The notes under the pieces were generated by a model. That model was not told where the DNA came from. It made no database searches and saw only the letters and a program-made list of their open reading frames with translations. DNA of 38,387 nucleotides from a virus (taxonomy: Duplodnaviria > Caudoviricetes): positions 1 through 38,387 of the IMG/VR virus record IMGVR_UViG_3300048598_000552. One strand, written 5' to 3'. The translations under genes and the position numbers were made by a program. Below are positions 14,995-24,374 of the stretch, piece after piece (positions within the stretch are counted from its first letter, which is position 1; each line of letters opens with the position of its first letter).

Positions 14995-16743
14995 ATGGGC
15001 ATTTTAAAAGACTTTCAACGCAAAGAGATCAAGCGTGACTTCGGGAACCTGAAGGAACTGCTTGAAAAATATCTTAACCGGGACGATCATCCGCGCCGGG
15101 TGGAACTGCGCGGGATGTATCAGACCGGGCATAGTCTGACCGGCAAGACCGGTCTACGGCGGAAACTTGCTGCCATTGATCTGGAGTTTTTCGGCAAAGC
15201 ATATCTTCCCCATTATTTCATCCGGGAGACCCCGGAGTTTCACCGGGAACTAGATAAAATCTGGAGCGCAGGCGTACTGAGAAATCAAGACCCCGACACT
15301 CCGAAAGCTGCGGAAGATTTTTACCGGATTAGTGGAAACAAGCGGGCGGTAGCTGCTCCGCGCGGTCATGCCAAAAGTACGACGTTTACGTTTAAAGATG
15401 ATTTACATGTAATTTTATATGAATACAAACATTATATTCTCATCCTTTCCGACTCATCCGATCAGGCTGAAGGTTTTTTGGAAGACATTCAAACCGAGAT
15501 TGAAGATAACAAAGCGATTATCGAAGATTTCGGAGATTTAGAAGGCAAGAAAGTCTGGAATAAAAGCGCCCTTCTTACTTCAACGGATATCAAAGTTGAG
15601 GCCATCGGCTCCGGGAAAAAGATTCGCGGTCGCCGCCACCATAACTGGAGACCCGATCTAATTGTTTTGGATGATATCGAAAACGATGAAAATATAGCGA
15701 ATCCGGCCCAGCGAAAAAAGTTGGCGAATTGGTATTTCAAAGCGGTCAGCAAATCCGGTGACACTTATACGGATATCATGTATATCGGGACAATTCTGGA
15801 CTATGATAGTTTACTATCAAACATCTTGAAAAATCCCGGATATCAATCCAAGAAATATCAGGCTGTAATCTCCTGGGCTACCAATATTGAACTTTGGGAT
15901 CGCTGGAACGAGATTTATATCGATCTTGCAAATGAGAACCGGGAAGCCGATGCCAGGGCGTTTTTTGATAAAAACCGCGAGGCCATGCTTGAAGGCACTC
16001 AGGTTTTATGGGAAAATAAAAAATCTTATTATGACCTGATGGTTGACAAGGTTGTTGAAGGTGAGGATTCGTTTTTCTCCGAATTTCAAAACGACCCCAG
16101 CAATCCCGAAGACTGTATTTTCAAAGAGGAATGGCTGGATGAATACCATCCGCCGGAGATTGACTTTCGGGCCGGATTTAGCTTTTATGGGTTTCTCGAT
16201 CCGTCGCTTGGGAAGAATACCCGGAGCGATTATAGCGCAATTATCACTCTAGCCAAGCAAGACTCAACCGGCTATCTTTTTGTTGCCGACGCCGATATCG
16301 ACCGGCGGCATCCGGACAAGATCATCGAAGACTGTCTGGAAAAAGAGAAGTGGCTCCGCCAGACCTATGGCCGGGGATATAAAAAGTTTGGTTGCGAGAC
16401 TAACCAGTTTCAATGGTACCTTAAAGAGAACCTGGCAAAAGCGAGCGCCGCCGCCAACCTTTACTTGCCTATTGAAGAGGTGCCGCAGCATTACGACAAA
16501 ATTGGGCGTATCACCACGATGCAGCCGGATGTGAAAAACAAGTATATCAAATTCAATAAAAAACATAAATTGCTTTGGGAGCAAATGATCCGTATCCGTA
16601 AGGACGGGCGTGGCGGTCATGATGATGGCCCGGATGCGCTGGAGGGCGCCCGGACCTTGGCAAAGGGACCAATGATTGATCAGACATTAGCAAAGATCTT
16701 CCAGGGGGTGAAAGTATGGGCGCAAACGGCTTTTGGGGAATGA
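14995..16743 (+). CDS. terL: terminase large subunit
   Basis: Walker A APRGHAKST, Walker B LIVLDDIEND, nuclease motifs LDPSLG, SDYSA, HDDGPDALEG. Confidence 0.93.
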   Translation: MGILKDFQRKEIKRDFGNLKELLEKYLNRDDHPRRVELRGMYQTGHSLTGKTGLRRKLAAIDLEFFGKAYLPHYFIRETPEFHRELDKIWSAGVLRNQDPDTPKAAEDFYRISGNKRAVAAPRGHAKSTTFTFKDDLHVILYEYKHYILILSDSSDQAEGFLEDIQTEIEDNKAIIEDFGDLEGKKVWNKSALLTSTDIKVEAIGSGKKIRGRRHHNWRPDLIVLDDIENDENIANPAQRKKLANWYFKAVSKSGDTYTDIMYIGTILDYDSLLSNILKNPGYQSKKYQAVISWATNIELWDRWNEIYIDLANENREADARAFFDKNREAMLEGTQVLWENKKSYYDLMVDKVVEGEDSFFSEFQNDPSNPEDCIFKEEWLDEYHPPEIDFRAGFSFYGFLDPSLGKNTRSDYSAIITLAKQDSTGYLFVADADIDRRHPDKIIEDCLEKEKWLRQTYGRGYKKFGCETNQFQWYLKENLAKASAAANLYLPIEEVPQHYDKIGRITTMQPDVKNKYIKFNKKHKLLWEQMIRIRKDGRGGHDDGPDALEGARTLAKGPMIDQTLAKIFQGVKVWAQTAFGE

Positions 16744-18209
16744 TAACCGGGGAAATGTCAAAGCTCCGGAATTATCTCTCCAATTTCGGCATTAAAATAA
16801 CCAGCGTGTATAACTCCTGGAAACTCGACAGCAGCCAGGTAAACTATGAATTAGCCCGCGCGCTTTATGATAATACGGATGACCGATATAAACTCGGGGC
16901 CGGTTTTTGCAAACGGATCATCAATGCCAAAGCCGGGTTTATCGGGGTGCCGAAGTTCAACTCAACTGATCCGGAGGCCCAGGATGCCCTGGATGCATTT
17001 TTTAACGACAACATCTCACAGCGCGGTCAAACCATGAAAAAGATGCTGGTTGAAGGACGCTGCATTGTTTGGATTACCCGTGAGGAGACCGATGCCGTTC
17101 TATATCCCGAAAGTAAAGCGCACCTGGTTTATAATATTATCCCTAACGAATCACTGAAAGGCATCATTCGGGACCCGGTTACATTACAGCCGGTGGAATA
17201 TGTTTTTGCGTTTACCCAGGAATGGTACGATAAGGAAGGCAACAAAAAGACCACATACATCCAGGAGCATGTTACGGCAGCCGGACGCCGCCGCCAGCAA
17301 AGCGGCGATCTAATTCCTGATTTTCAAGAAGAGCTAGAAACCAATTGGGGCTTTATCCCGATTATCATCTTTAACAACGAAGCGGATGTAACCCGCGAAT
17401 CCGGCCAGAGCGAATTCGAACCAGTGGAACCGTATTTGAAGGCATATCATGATCTGATGTTCCGGGCGCTCCAAGGCAGCCATATGCATTCCACCCCGCG
17501 CATGAAGCTAAAAGTCAAGGATGTAGCTTCATTTTTGCTATACAACTTTGGAATCGCCGACGCCCGAAAATTCGCCGAAGAAGGCGGCAAAATCAAGCTT
17601 GACAACCATGAGTTGTTAATTCTTCAGGATGGCGAAGACGCCCATTATATCGAAATTCAAAGCCCGGCGGGCGGCGCGGAAGCCCTTTTAAAACTGCTCT
17701 TTTACTGCATCGTTGACGCTTCGGAGACCCCGGAATTTGTCTTCGGAGTCCATACGCCGTCGGCGCTCAGTTCCGTCAAGGAACAGATGCCGGTCTTCGG
17801 GAAAACCATTGACCGCAAACGGGACAACGTGGCCGACTCATGGAAACGGCTGGCCCGGATCGTGCTGGCCATGACGGCCCTCTCCCAGGGAAAACATTTT
17901 GCCACCTATGCAACAACATTGGAATGGGAGGAAATCGCGGCCAGGGATGATAAGGAAGTCGCCGAAACCATCAAGGCGATTGTGGAGGCTTTGAATACGG
18001 CCATTGAGGGTAAATTCTGCTCGGTTGAGGCGGCGACGGCGTTCCTTCAAAAATATATCCCCACTATGCGCGATTATAATCCGGAGGAAGCTCCGGACCG
18101 GACCGAACGGGAGCGCATTATCGGCAACGCCATCGAGCGGGAACGGCTGGCGGACGGCGCTCTCAACTTGGAAGAAAAAAAGGCGCTTGAAACAGAAATA
18201 GCCGTTTAG
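16716..18209 (+). CDS. portal protein
   Basis: 497 aa immediately after terL; NWGFIPIIIFNNE, SETPEFVFG. Confidence 0.85.
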   Translation: MGANGFWGMITGEMSKLRNYLSNFGIKITSVYNSWKLDSSQVNYELARALYDNTDDRYKLGAGFCKRIINAKAGFIGVPKFNSTDPEAQDALDAFFNDNISQRGQTMKKMLVEGRCIVWITREETDAVLYPESKAHLVYNIIPNESLKGIIRDPVTLQPVEYVFAFTQEWYDKEGNKKTTYIQEHVTAAGRRRQQSGDLIPDFQEELETNWGFIPIIIFNNEADVTRESGQSEFEPVEPYLKAYHDLMFRALQGSHMHSTPRMKLKVKDVASFLLYNFGIADARKFAEEGGKIKLDNHELLILQDGEDAHYIEIQSPAGGAEALLKLLFYCIVDASETPEFVFGVHTPSALSSVKEQMPVFGKTIDRKRDNVADSWKRLARIVLAMTALSQGKHFATYATTLEWEEIAARDDKEVAETIKAIVEALNTAIEGKFCSVEAATAFLQKYIPTMRDYNPEEAPDRTERERIIGNAIERERLADGALNLEEKKALETEIAV

Positions 18210-18225
18210 CAGGCGTTTTAAAAAC

Positions 18226-18287
18226 AGTCCGACAATTGTCCGACAAATGTCGGACGGTCGGCCAAATGTCCGCCATTTGTCGGACAA
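18226..18287. repeat. array of six TGTC(C/G)G(A/C)CA-like units, parC-like
   Basis: Units start at 18226, 18237, 18248, 18256, 18267, 18278; contains a perfect 14-bp inverted repeat TTGTCCGACAAATG/CATTTGTCGGACAA. Confidence 0.8.
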
Positions 18288-18323
18288 ATCAATCTAGCTG
18301 GGGTTTTGTGCTGAGGTGATTTG

Positions 18324-19337
18324 ATGGCTGAAAAAGATATCGACCAGATTAAAAAGGCAGCCGGTGAATACTCCAAGGAAGCCCTGGAGGGACGGAAGAT
18401 GTATATTGATCTCCGGCTCCGCCAGGACCCGGAGGTCCGGACGATTTATATCCGGGCCGCCGAGCGGATCGCCAGGGCGATTATTCGGGGAGGAGATACT
18501 CCCCTACGGAAAAAACAACTTGCGGGATTATGGAGACTGCTGCGTGAGGAAGCCGGACTTATTGAAAAAGATCTCACTGAAAAGCTCGATGAATATATTT
18601 TGGAAGGAATCGAAGCCGGAGGCTGGCAGAGCCGGGCGGTTACGATCAAACTTTTTAAACAGGTTAAAACTCCCCTGGTTAAACTGGAGCAACTGGAACG
18701 GATGTATGTACGAGTCAACCGTGAAGCGGTAAACGCCATTTGGAACCGGACCCAAAAAGGGATAAAGCTTTCGAAGCGGATCTGGAACACATCCAAAAAC
18801 GCGGGGACGGCCATTCAAAACATTATCCAGGATGCAGTCGCCAGCGGCCAGGATGCGGTGACGACCGCAAAGATGTTGCAACAATATGTAAAAAAAGACG
18901 CATTTACACTGGCAAAAGATTATCCCAATCTAATGCTAAATATGAAAGGCCGGATTCCCAACGATCTTAGTTATGAGGCGCTTCGTCTGGCCAGGACTGA
19001 GACCGCCGCCGCCTTCGGCCAGGGCGCCATCCGGTCGGCGCAAGCTTCGCCTTCCGCCAAAGGGATAAAATATTGCCTGTCAGCCGCCCACCGGATTGCC
19101 GATATTTGCGATGAATTGGCACGGGATAATGAAGCCGGACTGGGGCCGGGGATTTATGCCGTGGATGATCCTCCACCCTACCCCGCCCATCCCAATACCA
19201 TGTCATATCTGGTGACAGTGAATGAATCACCGGATGATTTTGTCAAACGGCTGAAAGGATGGGTAAATAATCCAACTAATGATGGGGATCTGGAAAAATG
19301 GTATAACAATATATATAAGGGAGGGAATAATGGCTGA
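18324..19337 (+). CDS. head morphogenesis / minor capsid protein (Mu gpF / SPP1 gp7-like)
   Basis: LSKRIW, ALRLARTET, DICDELA, PYPAHPN; follows the portal. Confidence 0.8.
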   Translation: MAEKDIDQIKKAAGEYSKEALEGRKMYIDLRLRQDPEVRTIYIRAAERIARAIIRGGDTPLRKKQLAGLWRLLREEAGLIEKDLTEKLDEYILEGIEAGGWQSRAVTIKLFKQVKTPLVKLEQLERMYVRVNREAVNAIWNRTQKGIKLSKRIWNTSKNAGTAIQNIIQDAVASGQDAVTTAKMLQQYVKKDAFTLAKDYPNLMLNMKGRIPNDLSYEALRLARTETAAAFGQGAIRSAQASPSAKGIKYCLSAAHRIADICDELARDNEAGLGPGIYAVDDPPPYPAHPNTMSYLVTVNESPDDFVKRLKGWVNNPTNDGDLEKWYNNIYKGGNNG

Positions 19338-19342
19338 CGTTT

Positions 19343-19377
19343 TTAAGGGCGCTTAAAAGGAGTTTAAATAGAATTAA
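19343..19377. other. helically phased TTAA tract
   Basis: TTAA at 19343, 19353, 19364, 19374. Confidence 0.5.
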
Positions 19378-19420
19378 ACAATATTTGCAATAAAATCATT
19401 ATCCTAAATCTTACCCGCTG

Positions 19421-19452
19421 AAAAACACTCCCATGGAGGTGTTTTTAGTTTT
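19421..19452 (+). terminator. intrinsic terminator-like hairpin inside the late operon
   Basis: AAAAACAC-TCC-cat-GGA-g-GTGTTTTT then AGTTTT. Confidence 0.55.
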
Positions 19453-19468
19453 GCCTCAATGAGAGGAG

Positions 19469-20887
19469 GTGAAAAATTTGAGAAAAAAAGCGTTTATTTG
19501 TGGTGAAATGGCCGCTGAACCATTCCGGCCCGTTGGTATTATCGCCCATATCTGTGGCGAGATGTCGCCGGAGGATATCCCGGTGACGGCGGAAATCGAC
19601 ATCGCAGCGTTGAAAGATGGAGATACCGACCCCATGGAGGTAGTTGTCGAGGTTCCGGTTAGTAAATCAAAACGCGGCTGGAATTATAAACCGAAAGCCC
19701 TGCAAGACATCGTTGGTGAAGTAATGGACAAAGGACTACCCGGCTTTTTGGGACATCAAAAAGCTGAAAATGTCGGCAATGAGTTTCCGATTCCCGTAAC
19801 TCATTGGGTAGGAGCGAAATTCGATCCGAACGCCATAATTAAAACAGGCAAATCCATCAGCAAGGGCGCTGCCTATTTTCGCGGCATCGTCGATAAAAGC
19901 GCGACGGATCTGAAACGTTGGATCAGAGGCAAGATGGTCAAAGAAGTCTCCATTTTTGGTATGCCTCAATTACAACAGGTTAAAGGCGAGATAGACGTGA
20001 TTGGCTATGCTCCCCTTTCCATCGACTGGACTCCGCCGGGCCGGGCTGGAATGCCGACCAGAATTGTATCCATCGGCGAAATGGACATCCTTGCCGGTGA
20101 GCTTGACGGCAGCCACGAGGAACTGCGGGATGCGCTCCAAGCGGCTGTTCGTGAGCTGCTCACCCCGGACTCAAAAAAAGGGTACGCCTGGATTCGCCGG
20201 GTCTTCGACGAACATGTCATTGTCGAGCATGAAGACAATGGCCAAGTAAAACTATATCAATTTCCTTACTCGGTGACGGATGACAAAGTGGTTCTTGGCG
20301 CAAAAACCGAAGTTACGAGGAAAGAAGACTATGTCCCCGTCAACGGGGAAATCGATGATAAAGGAGGCGCGAAACCAAATATGAAGGAACTATTGGAAAA
20401 ATTCAAGGGTATGTTGGCGTCGGGTGAAATCACCAAGGCGCAATTCATCGCCGCTGTCGGTGAAATGTTGGGCATCACCATCCAGGAAGTTACCGGCGAA
20501 ATGGCTGTCGTCCAGCAAGACGCCGCCACTCTAATTAAGGTTAGGGAAGTTCTGGGAGTATCCGGCGAGATGGATGTGGTCGCGGTGGCCGGAGAAGCCG
20601 GTAAGGCTCTCGAAGCCAAGCGTCAAGATGATTGTGATAAACTCATCGCTGAAGTGCTTGGAGAAAAGGTCGCTGGAGAGATGGCGCAGCTTACCATCCT
20701 TGAAGCGCTCAAAGTGCCGGTAACGGCTACCAAGGAGCAGATCGCCGGAGAGATTGACAGCCTGCTGGCCAAGGATTCAATTAAAGCTCTGTTTAGCAAG
20801 ATGCATTTGGATACGCCGGTTCCGGGCGGTAATAGCGGTAAAGATTCGGCGGGTGGTTTTGCCCGGATTGAATCAGTATCTATATGA
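19469..20887 (+). CDS. prohead protease/scaffold protein
   Basis: Lies between the morphogenesis and capsid genes; GFLGHQ and EVSIFG candidate His/Ser motifs; helical C-terminal half with repeated GEM/GEI. Confidence 0.75.
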   Translation: MKNLRKKAFICGEMAAEPFRPVGIIAHICGEMSPEDIPVTAEIDIAALKDGDTDPMEVVVEVPVSKSKRGWNYKPKALQDIVGEVMDKGLPGFLGHQKAENVGNEFPIPVTHWVGAKFDPNAIIKTGKSISKGAAYFRGIVDKSATDLKRWIRGKMVKEVSIFGMPQLQQVKGEIDVIGYAPLSIDWTPPGRAGMPTRIVSIGEMDILAGELDGSHEELRDALQAAVRELLTPDSKKGYAWIRRVFDEHVIVEHEDNGQVKLYQFPYSVTDDKVVLGAKTEVTRKEDYVPVNGEIDDKGGAKPNMKELLEKFKGMLASGEITKAQFIAAVGEMLGITIQEVTGEMAVVQQDAATLIKVREVLGVSGEMDVVAVAGEAGKALEAKRQDDCDKLIAEVLGEKVAGEMAQLTILEALKVPVTATKEQIAGEIDSLLAKDSIKALFSKMHLDTPVPGGNSGKDSAGGFARIESVSI

Positions 20888-21072
20888 TGAACATCATAAA
20901 ACGGCATCCTGAAACCGGGGCATTTACCAGCCAAAAAAAGGACGGAACATTTACCCCGGCAGTATCAAAACCGGGAGTAGTCTTAACCAATCTTTCGGAA
21001 CAACCCGAAGGACCGGCGATATTAATCCAAAGGCAGATCACCGGGCAAAATGGGTTTAATGTTCTTAAATAG
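20884..21072 (+). CDS. small hypothetical protein
   Basis: ATGA-coupled 62-aa ORF, no clear RBS. Confidence 0.35.
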   Translation: MMNIIKRHPETGAFTSQKKDGTFTPAVSKPGVVLTNLSEQPEGPAILIQRQITGQNGFNVLK

Positions 21073-21109
21073 CTTTAATATCGGTTAATATCATTTGAGG
21101 AGGTAAATT

Positions 21110-21847
21110 ATGGGGCGAAAAGTCAGCAACGGGATGGGCATAAAAGTTACAGTACCCGAAAGTACCACCATTGAACAAGGCAAGTTTTATGTGTTGGATG
21201 GGATTTTTGGCATGGCGTTACAATCGGTAACAACCGGCGCTGGAGAAACAAGCTCGGTTATTCTAAGCCTTGATCCGGGCGAATATGAAACCGGCCAGAT
21301 TCTCACTACCGATGTTATGAACAAGGGTACCAAAATCTATTACGATACCACCAACAAACGGTTCACCATCACGTCTTCCGGTAATATTTTTGCCGGTGTC
21401 GTAACCGTGGCCAAGGATGCTGGAAATATCATTTGGTTCCTGTTCATGCCAAACAGCGCGGAAGTGGCGGCATCATTAGGTTCAGCGAAGAGTTTTGCGA
21501 CTTTCTTCATTCCGGGAACCATTACGGCTGGAGCGGGAAAAGTCGCCAATTTCGTTTTTGGAAAAAGTGTAACGGTTGACAAAGTCAAGGTCAGAGCCAA
21601 AACATTACCGGGTGAAACTCATTCGCTCGACATTGATGTCAATAATGGCGCCAGCAGTTTATTCACTGCCGCCCAATCCATTGCCAGCACCGACACGGCG
21701 AATGCGTTTAAAGAATTTACTCCAAATGCGGACCCGGCTAAAAATAGCTTTGATGCTGACGATATTTTATCGATTGATATCGACAACGCCGGTGACACTG
21801 CTGCGGCTGATGTAGAGATTGTGGTCGAGTTCACTCAAAACGTCTAA
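21110..21847 (+). CDS. capsid decoration/cement protein (DUF2190-like) with C-terminal extension
   Basis: MGRKVSNG...GIFGMALQS...KGTKIYYD...FAGVVTVAK; precedes the major capsid gene. Confidence 0.7.
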   Translation: MGRKVSNGMGIKVTVPESTTIEQGKFYVLDGIFGMALQSVTTGAGETSSVILSLDPGEYETGQILTTDVMNKGTKIYYDTTNKRFTITSSGNIFAGVVTVAKDAGNIIWFLFMPNSAEVAASLGSAKSFATFFIPGTITAGAGKVANFVFGKSVTVDKVKVRAKTLPGETHSLDIDVNNGASSLFTAAQSIASTDTANAFKEFTPNADPAKNSFDADDILSIDIDNAGDTAAADVEIVVEFTQNV

Positions 21848-21892
21848 TCCAAATCGGATTAGTATCAAATCAAATATTGGAGGTGTAAATTC

Positions 21893-22936
21893 GTGAAAAT
21901 TATAAGCATTGAATCGCTCCGGCAAGAGAGGCGCACCGGGACCATCGAACAACGGATTGCCTATATCTCCCCCACCGGAGAGATGAGGACGGTTGTTAAA
22001 AAAATTGTTAATGGTGAAATGGATATCATGGTACTTAACCGGCCTATTGGTGAGATGATTACTACTCCAGCCGGTTTGGATACCCTGGTACAAAAAACCG
22101 TCATCGATCTTGAACTGGGCCGCGAAGCGGTCCCGTTGCTTTATGGCCCCATATACCGGACTGTCAACGATCCCAATTTAACCCAGAATGTCGACATCAA
22201 AGCCTTTGTCGGGTGCCAAGTGGTATTTCTGCAAGTGCTTGAGGGTGAAGACGTTAAATTCGGCAGCCGTAAAGTAACCGCCGGAGATACGGTACCGATT
22301 ATCACCTATGCGGCTGGTTTGGAATGGTCTGAGGATCTGGTACTGTACGACAAAACCTGGGAGATGTCGGAAGCCAATCGGGCCATGGGTGAAGCTCATA
22401 ATGCGCTGCTCAATCATATCCATCTTAGCCCAATACTTACCTTTAACTATGCGGCCAAAAACCAGACCGCCGCCGATGCTACCGGGTCCACCGCAATTGA
22501 AAAACTCCGGAACACTATCGAAAACGGTCTGACTCATGCCGCGCAGGATAAGAATACCGATACCAAAGCGCCGCGCCGTCCCAATATTTTATTGGCGCAT
22601 TCAGCCAAACGGATGGCGATTGAGCGTTGCCTCAAAGAGTTCCAAGTTGGCGGCACTGTCTATCCGGCTTTGTCCCAGATTGACACCCTGATTTTTTATG
22701 ATGGCTGGAGCGGTGTGGTCGGCGAAAAGACCATGACGTATGCCGGATGCAATACCGGCAAAGCCTATCTGGTTGAAGGCAAAAAATACTTTGTCGAACT
22801 GATCAAGCACGGGTTACAAATCGACGCCACCGGAGCCGATCTGAAACGGCTGATCGAAAACGGAATTGTCGGCCGGGTCCGTCGCGGCGTCATTTCCAGC
22901 CCGGCCAACGCGGTTGAGGAATTAACCTTGCCTTAA
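21893..22936 (+). CDS. major capsid protein
   Basis: 347 aa, RBS GGAGGTG, after scaffold/decoration genes, followed by a strong terminator. Confidence 0.8.
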   Translation: MKIISIESLRQERRTGTIEQRIAYISPTGEMRTVVKKIVNGEMDIMVLNRPIGEMITTPAGLDTLVQKTVIDLELGREAVPLLYGPIYRTVNDPNLTQNVDIKAFVGCQVVFLQVLEGEDVKFGSRKVTAGDTVPIITYAAGLEWSEDLVLYDKTWEMSEANRAMGEAHNALLNHIHLSPILTFNYAAKNQTAADATGSTAIEKLRNTIENGLTHAAQDKNTDTKAPRRPNILLAHSAKRMAIERCLKEFQVGGTVYPALSQIDTLIFYDGWSGVVGEKTMTYAGCNTGKAYLVEGKKYFVELIKHGLQIDATGADLKRLIENGIVGRVRRGVISSPANAVEELTLP

Positions 22937-22969
22937 AAATTGCCTTTTAAACTGATTTAAAAATCCATT

Positions 22970-23003
22970 AAACCGTCCGGTACTTGGGTACCGGGCGGTT
23001 TTT
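22970..23003 (+). terminator. intrinsic terminator after the capsid gene
   Basis: AAACCGTCCGGTAC-ttgg-GTACCGGGCGGTTTTT. Confidence 0.8.
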
Positions 23004-23019
23004 GAAAGAAGTGAAATTG

Positions 23020-23388
23020 ATGGAACCGACAGCGGATCTTCGCGAGGAATTAAGGGAAATGCTTGGAGAGGAGATTCCTTCCGGGGGACAGGATACGGAT
23101 ACTAATTTCACAGCGGCGCAAATCGACAAATTACTTGCCAACGCCCAAACCCTTTACCAGGCCGCCGCCGCAGGATGGCGGAAAAAAGCGGCCAAGTTGA
23201 TTCAAAAACTCGGTGAAATCGCTGAGTATTCCGTCGGGCAGGAAACGTATAAAAAGGTCAACCTGCAAACGGCGATAAATACCGCCCAGGACATGATCAA
23301 AATGTACGAAGACCTCGACAAAAAAAGTAATCCAGCCACCAATACCGGGTCAATGATCCTGAAGATTACACCGCCGGAGGTATTGTAA
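23020..23388 (+). CDS. head-tail connector (putative)
   Basis: First gene after the capsid; helical, LREMLGE...FTAAQIDKLL; start moved to ATG 23020. Confidence 0.65.
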   Translation: MEPTADLREELREMLGEEIPSGGQDTDTNFTAAQIDKLLANAQTLYQAAAAGWRKKAAKLIQKLGEIAEYSVGQETYKKVNLQTAINTAQDMIKMYEDLDKKSNPATNTGSMILKITPPEVL

Positions 23389-23390
23389 TT

Positions 23391-23771
23391 ATGGATATCG
23401 TCACCCGCCGACGCAATGATATTTTATGGAATATTCACCAAAACCCTGTATCTATTAATATTACCCGTACCGAAAAAGTCAGATCAGGCGGCGGGTTTAC
23501 TGAAACCAAAAGCGCCATTGGCCCTTTTACCGTCCGGATTTATCAGCAAAAAAGTAGTAGCCAGCAAGAAGTGAGTTCGATGGCCGGAACAAAACAAAAA
23601 AATCCCAACTGGGGGATGCTGGCGGATTACCAGTCCGACATCAAAGCCGGGACCAATGTAACGGATGAATTTGACGCGCTGGGTGGACACTTCAAAGTGA
23701 CTACGGTGAACCCGCAATATTACAACAATCAAATCGTCGGATACCAGTGCGATCTGGAACAGGTGATGTAA
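23391..23771 (+). CDS. head closure/adaptor protein (putative)
   Basis: Synteny; beta-rich 126 aa. Confidence 0.6.
   Translation: MDIVTRRRNDILWNIHQNPVSINITRTEKVRSGGGFTETKSAIGPFTVRIYQQKSSSQQEVSSMAGTKQKNPNWGMLADYQSDIKAGTNVTDEFDALGGHFKVTTVNPQYYNNQIVGYQCDLEQVM
23658..23680 (+). repeat. 23-bp direct repeat, copy 1
   Basis: GTAACGGATGAATTTGACGCGCT, identical to 36405-36427. Confidence 0.9.
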
Positions 23772-23795
23772 ATGCCCATCATAGGAGGTATTACA

Positions 23796-23933
23796 ATGAC
23801 GAATTTATATTCCCAGGTCAAGTATGGATTCGGAAGTCGACTGTTAACGTTGGTTCGAAAAATGTTTTTGGCTGGATTAATTATTGGAATCGGCATAGGA
23901 ATCGGGTTGGGATATATATTTTGGGGGCGTTGA
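23796..23933 (+). CDS. 45-aa single-TM glycine-rich protein (not in ORF track)
   Basis: RBS AGGAGG 23783-23788; MTNLYSQVKYGFGSRLLTLVRKMFLAGLIIGIGIGIGLGYIFWGR. Confidence 0.65.
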   Translation: MTNLYSQVKYGFGSRLLTLVRKMFLAGLIIGIGIGIGLGYIFWGR

Positions 23934-23939
23934 TTTCTC

Positions 23940-24371
23940 ATGGCTTTCCTTGATCAAGCGTTGGACGATCTCAACCGGAAAAAAGCCGGTACCTATGCCC
24001 TGTTAAAAAACTGGTCCGGGCATCTGGAAAGCACCGCCAAAATTAATGCCCCATGGACGGATCGGACGGGCAATACCAGACAGGGTTTAAATAGCGATGT
24101 TGAGGACAAAGGTGAGGAATTAGTTCTGTTTCTGGCCCATAGCCAACAAACCGGCGAATATCTGGAAGAAGGCACCGGACTTCATGGCCCGAAACACAAA
24201 AAATATGTGATCCGGCCCAAAAATAAAAAAGCTTTATTTTGGGGTGGGGCCCGGCATCCGGTCAAAGAAATCCATCATCCCGGCATGAAGGCAAGGCCGG
24301 TGATCGAGCCGACATTGAACGACAACCTGGATGGTATCAAACAAACGATCCGGGATCTATGGGAGGTCTAA
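23940..24371 (+). CDS. HK97 gp10-like neck/tail completion protein
   Basis: AKINAPWTDRTGN, YLEEGTG, HPGMKARPVIEP. Confidence 0.75.
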   Translation: MAFLDQALDDLNRKKAGTYALLKNWSGHLESTAKINAPWTDRTGNTRQGLNSDVEDKGEELVLFLAHSQQTGEYLEEGTGLHGPKHKKYVIRPKNKKALFWGGARHPVKEIHHPGMKARPVIEPTLNDNLDGIKQTIRDLWEV

Positions 24372-24374
24372 GAT

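Noticed and set aside
18226-18287. CRISPR array or terminator
   Set aside because: Units are ~9 bp with no spacers, no cas genes, and no U-tract after the hairpin
23747-23953. 68-aa ORF from the track
   Set aside because: The 45-aa ORF at 23796-23933 in another frame has the RBS and a coherent TM sequence
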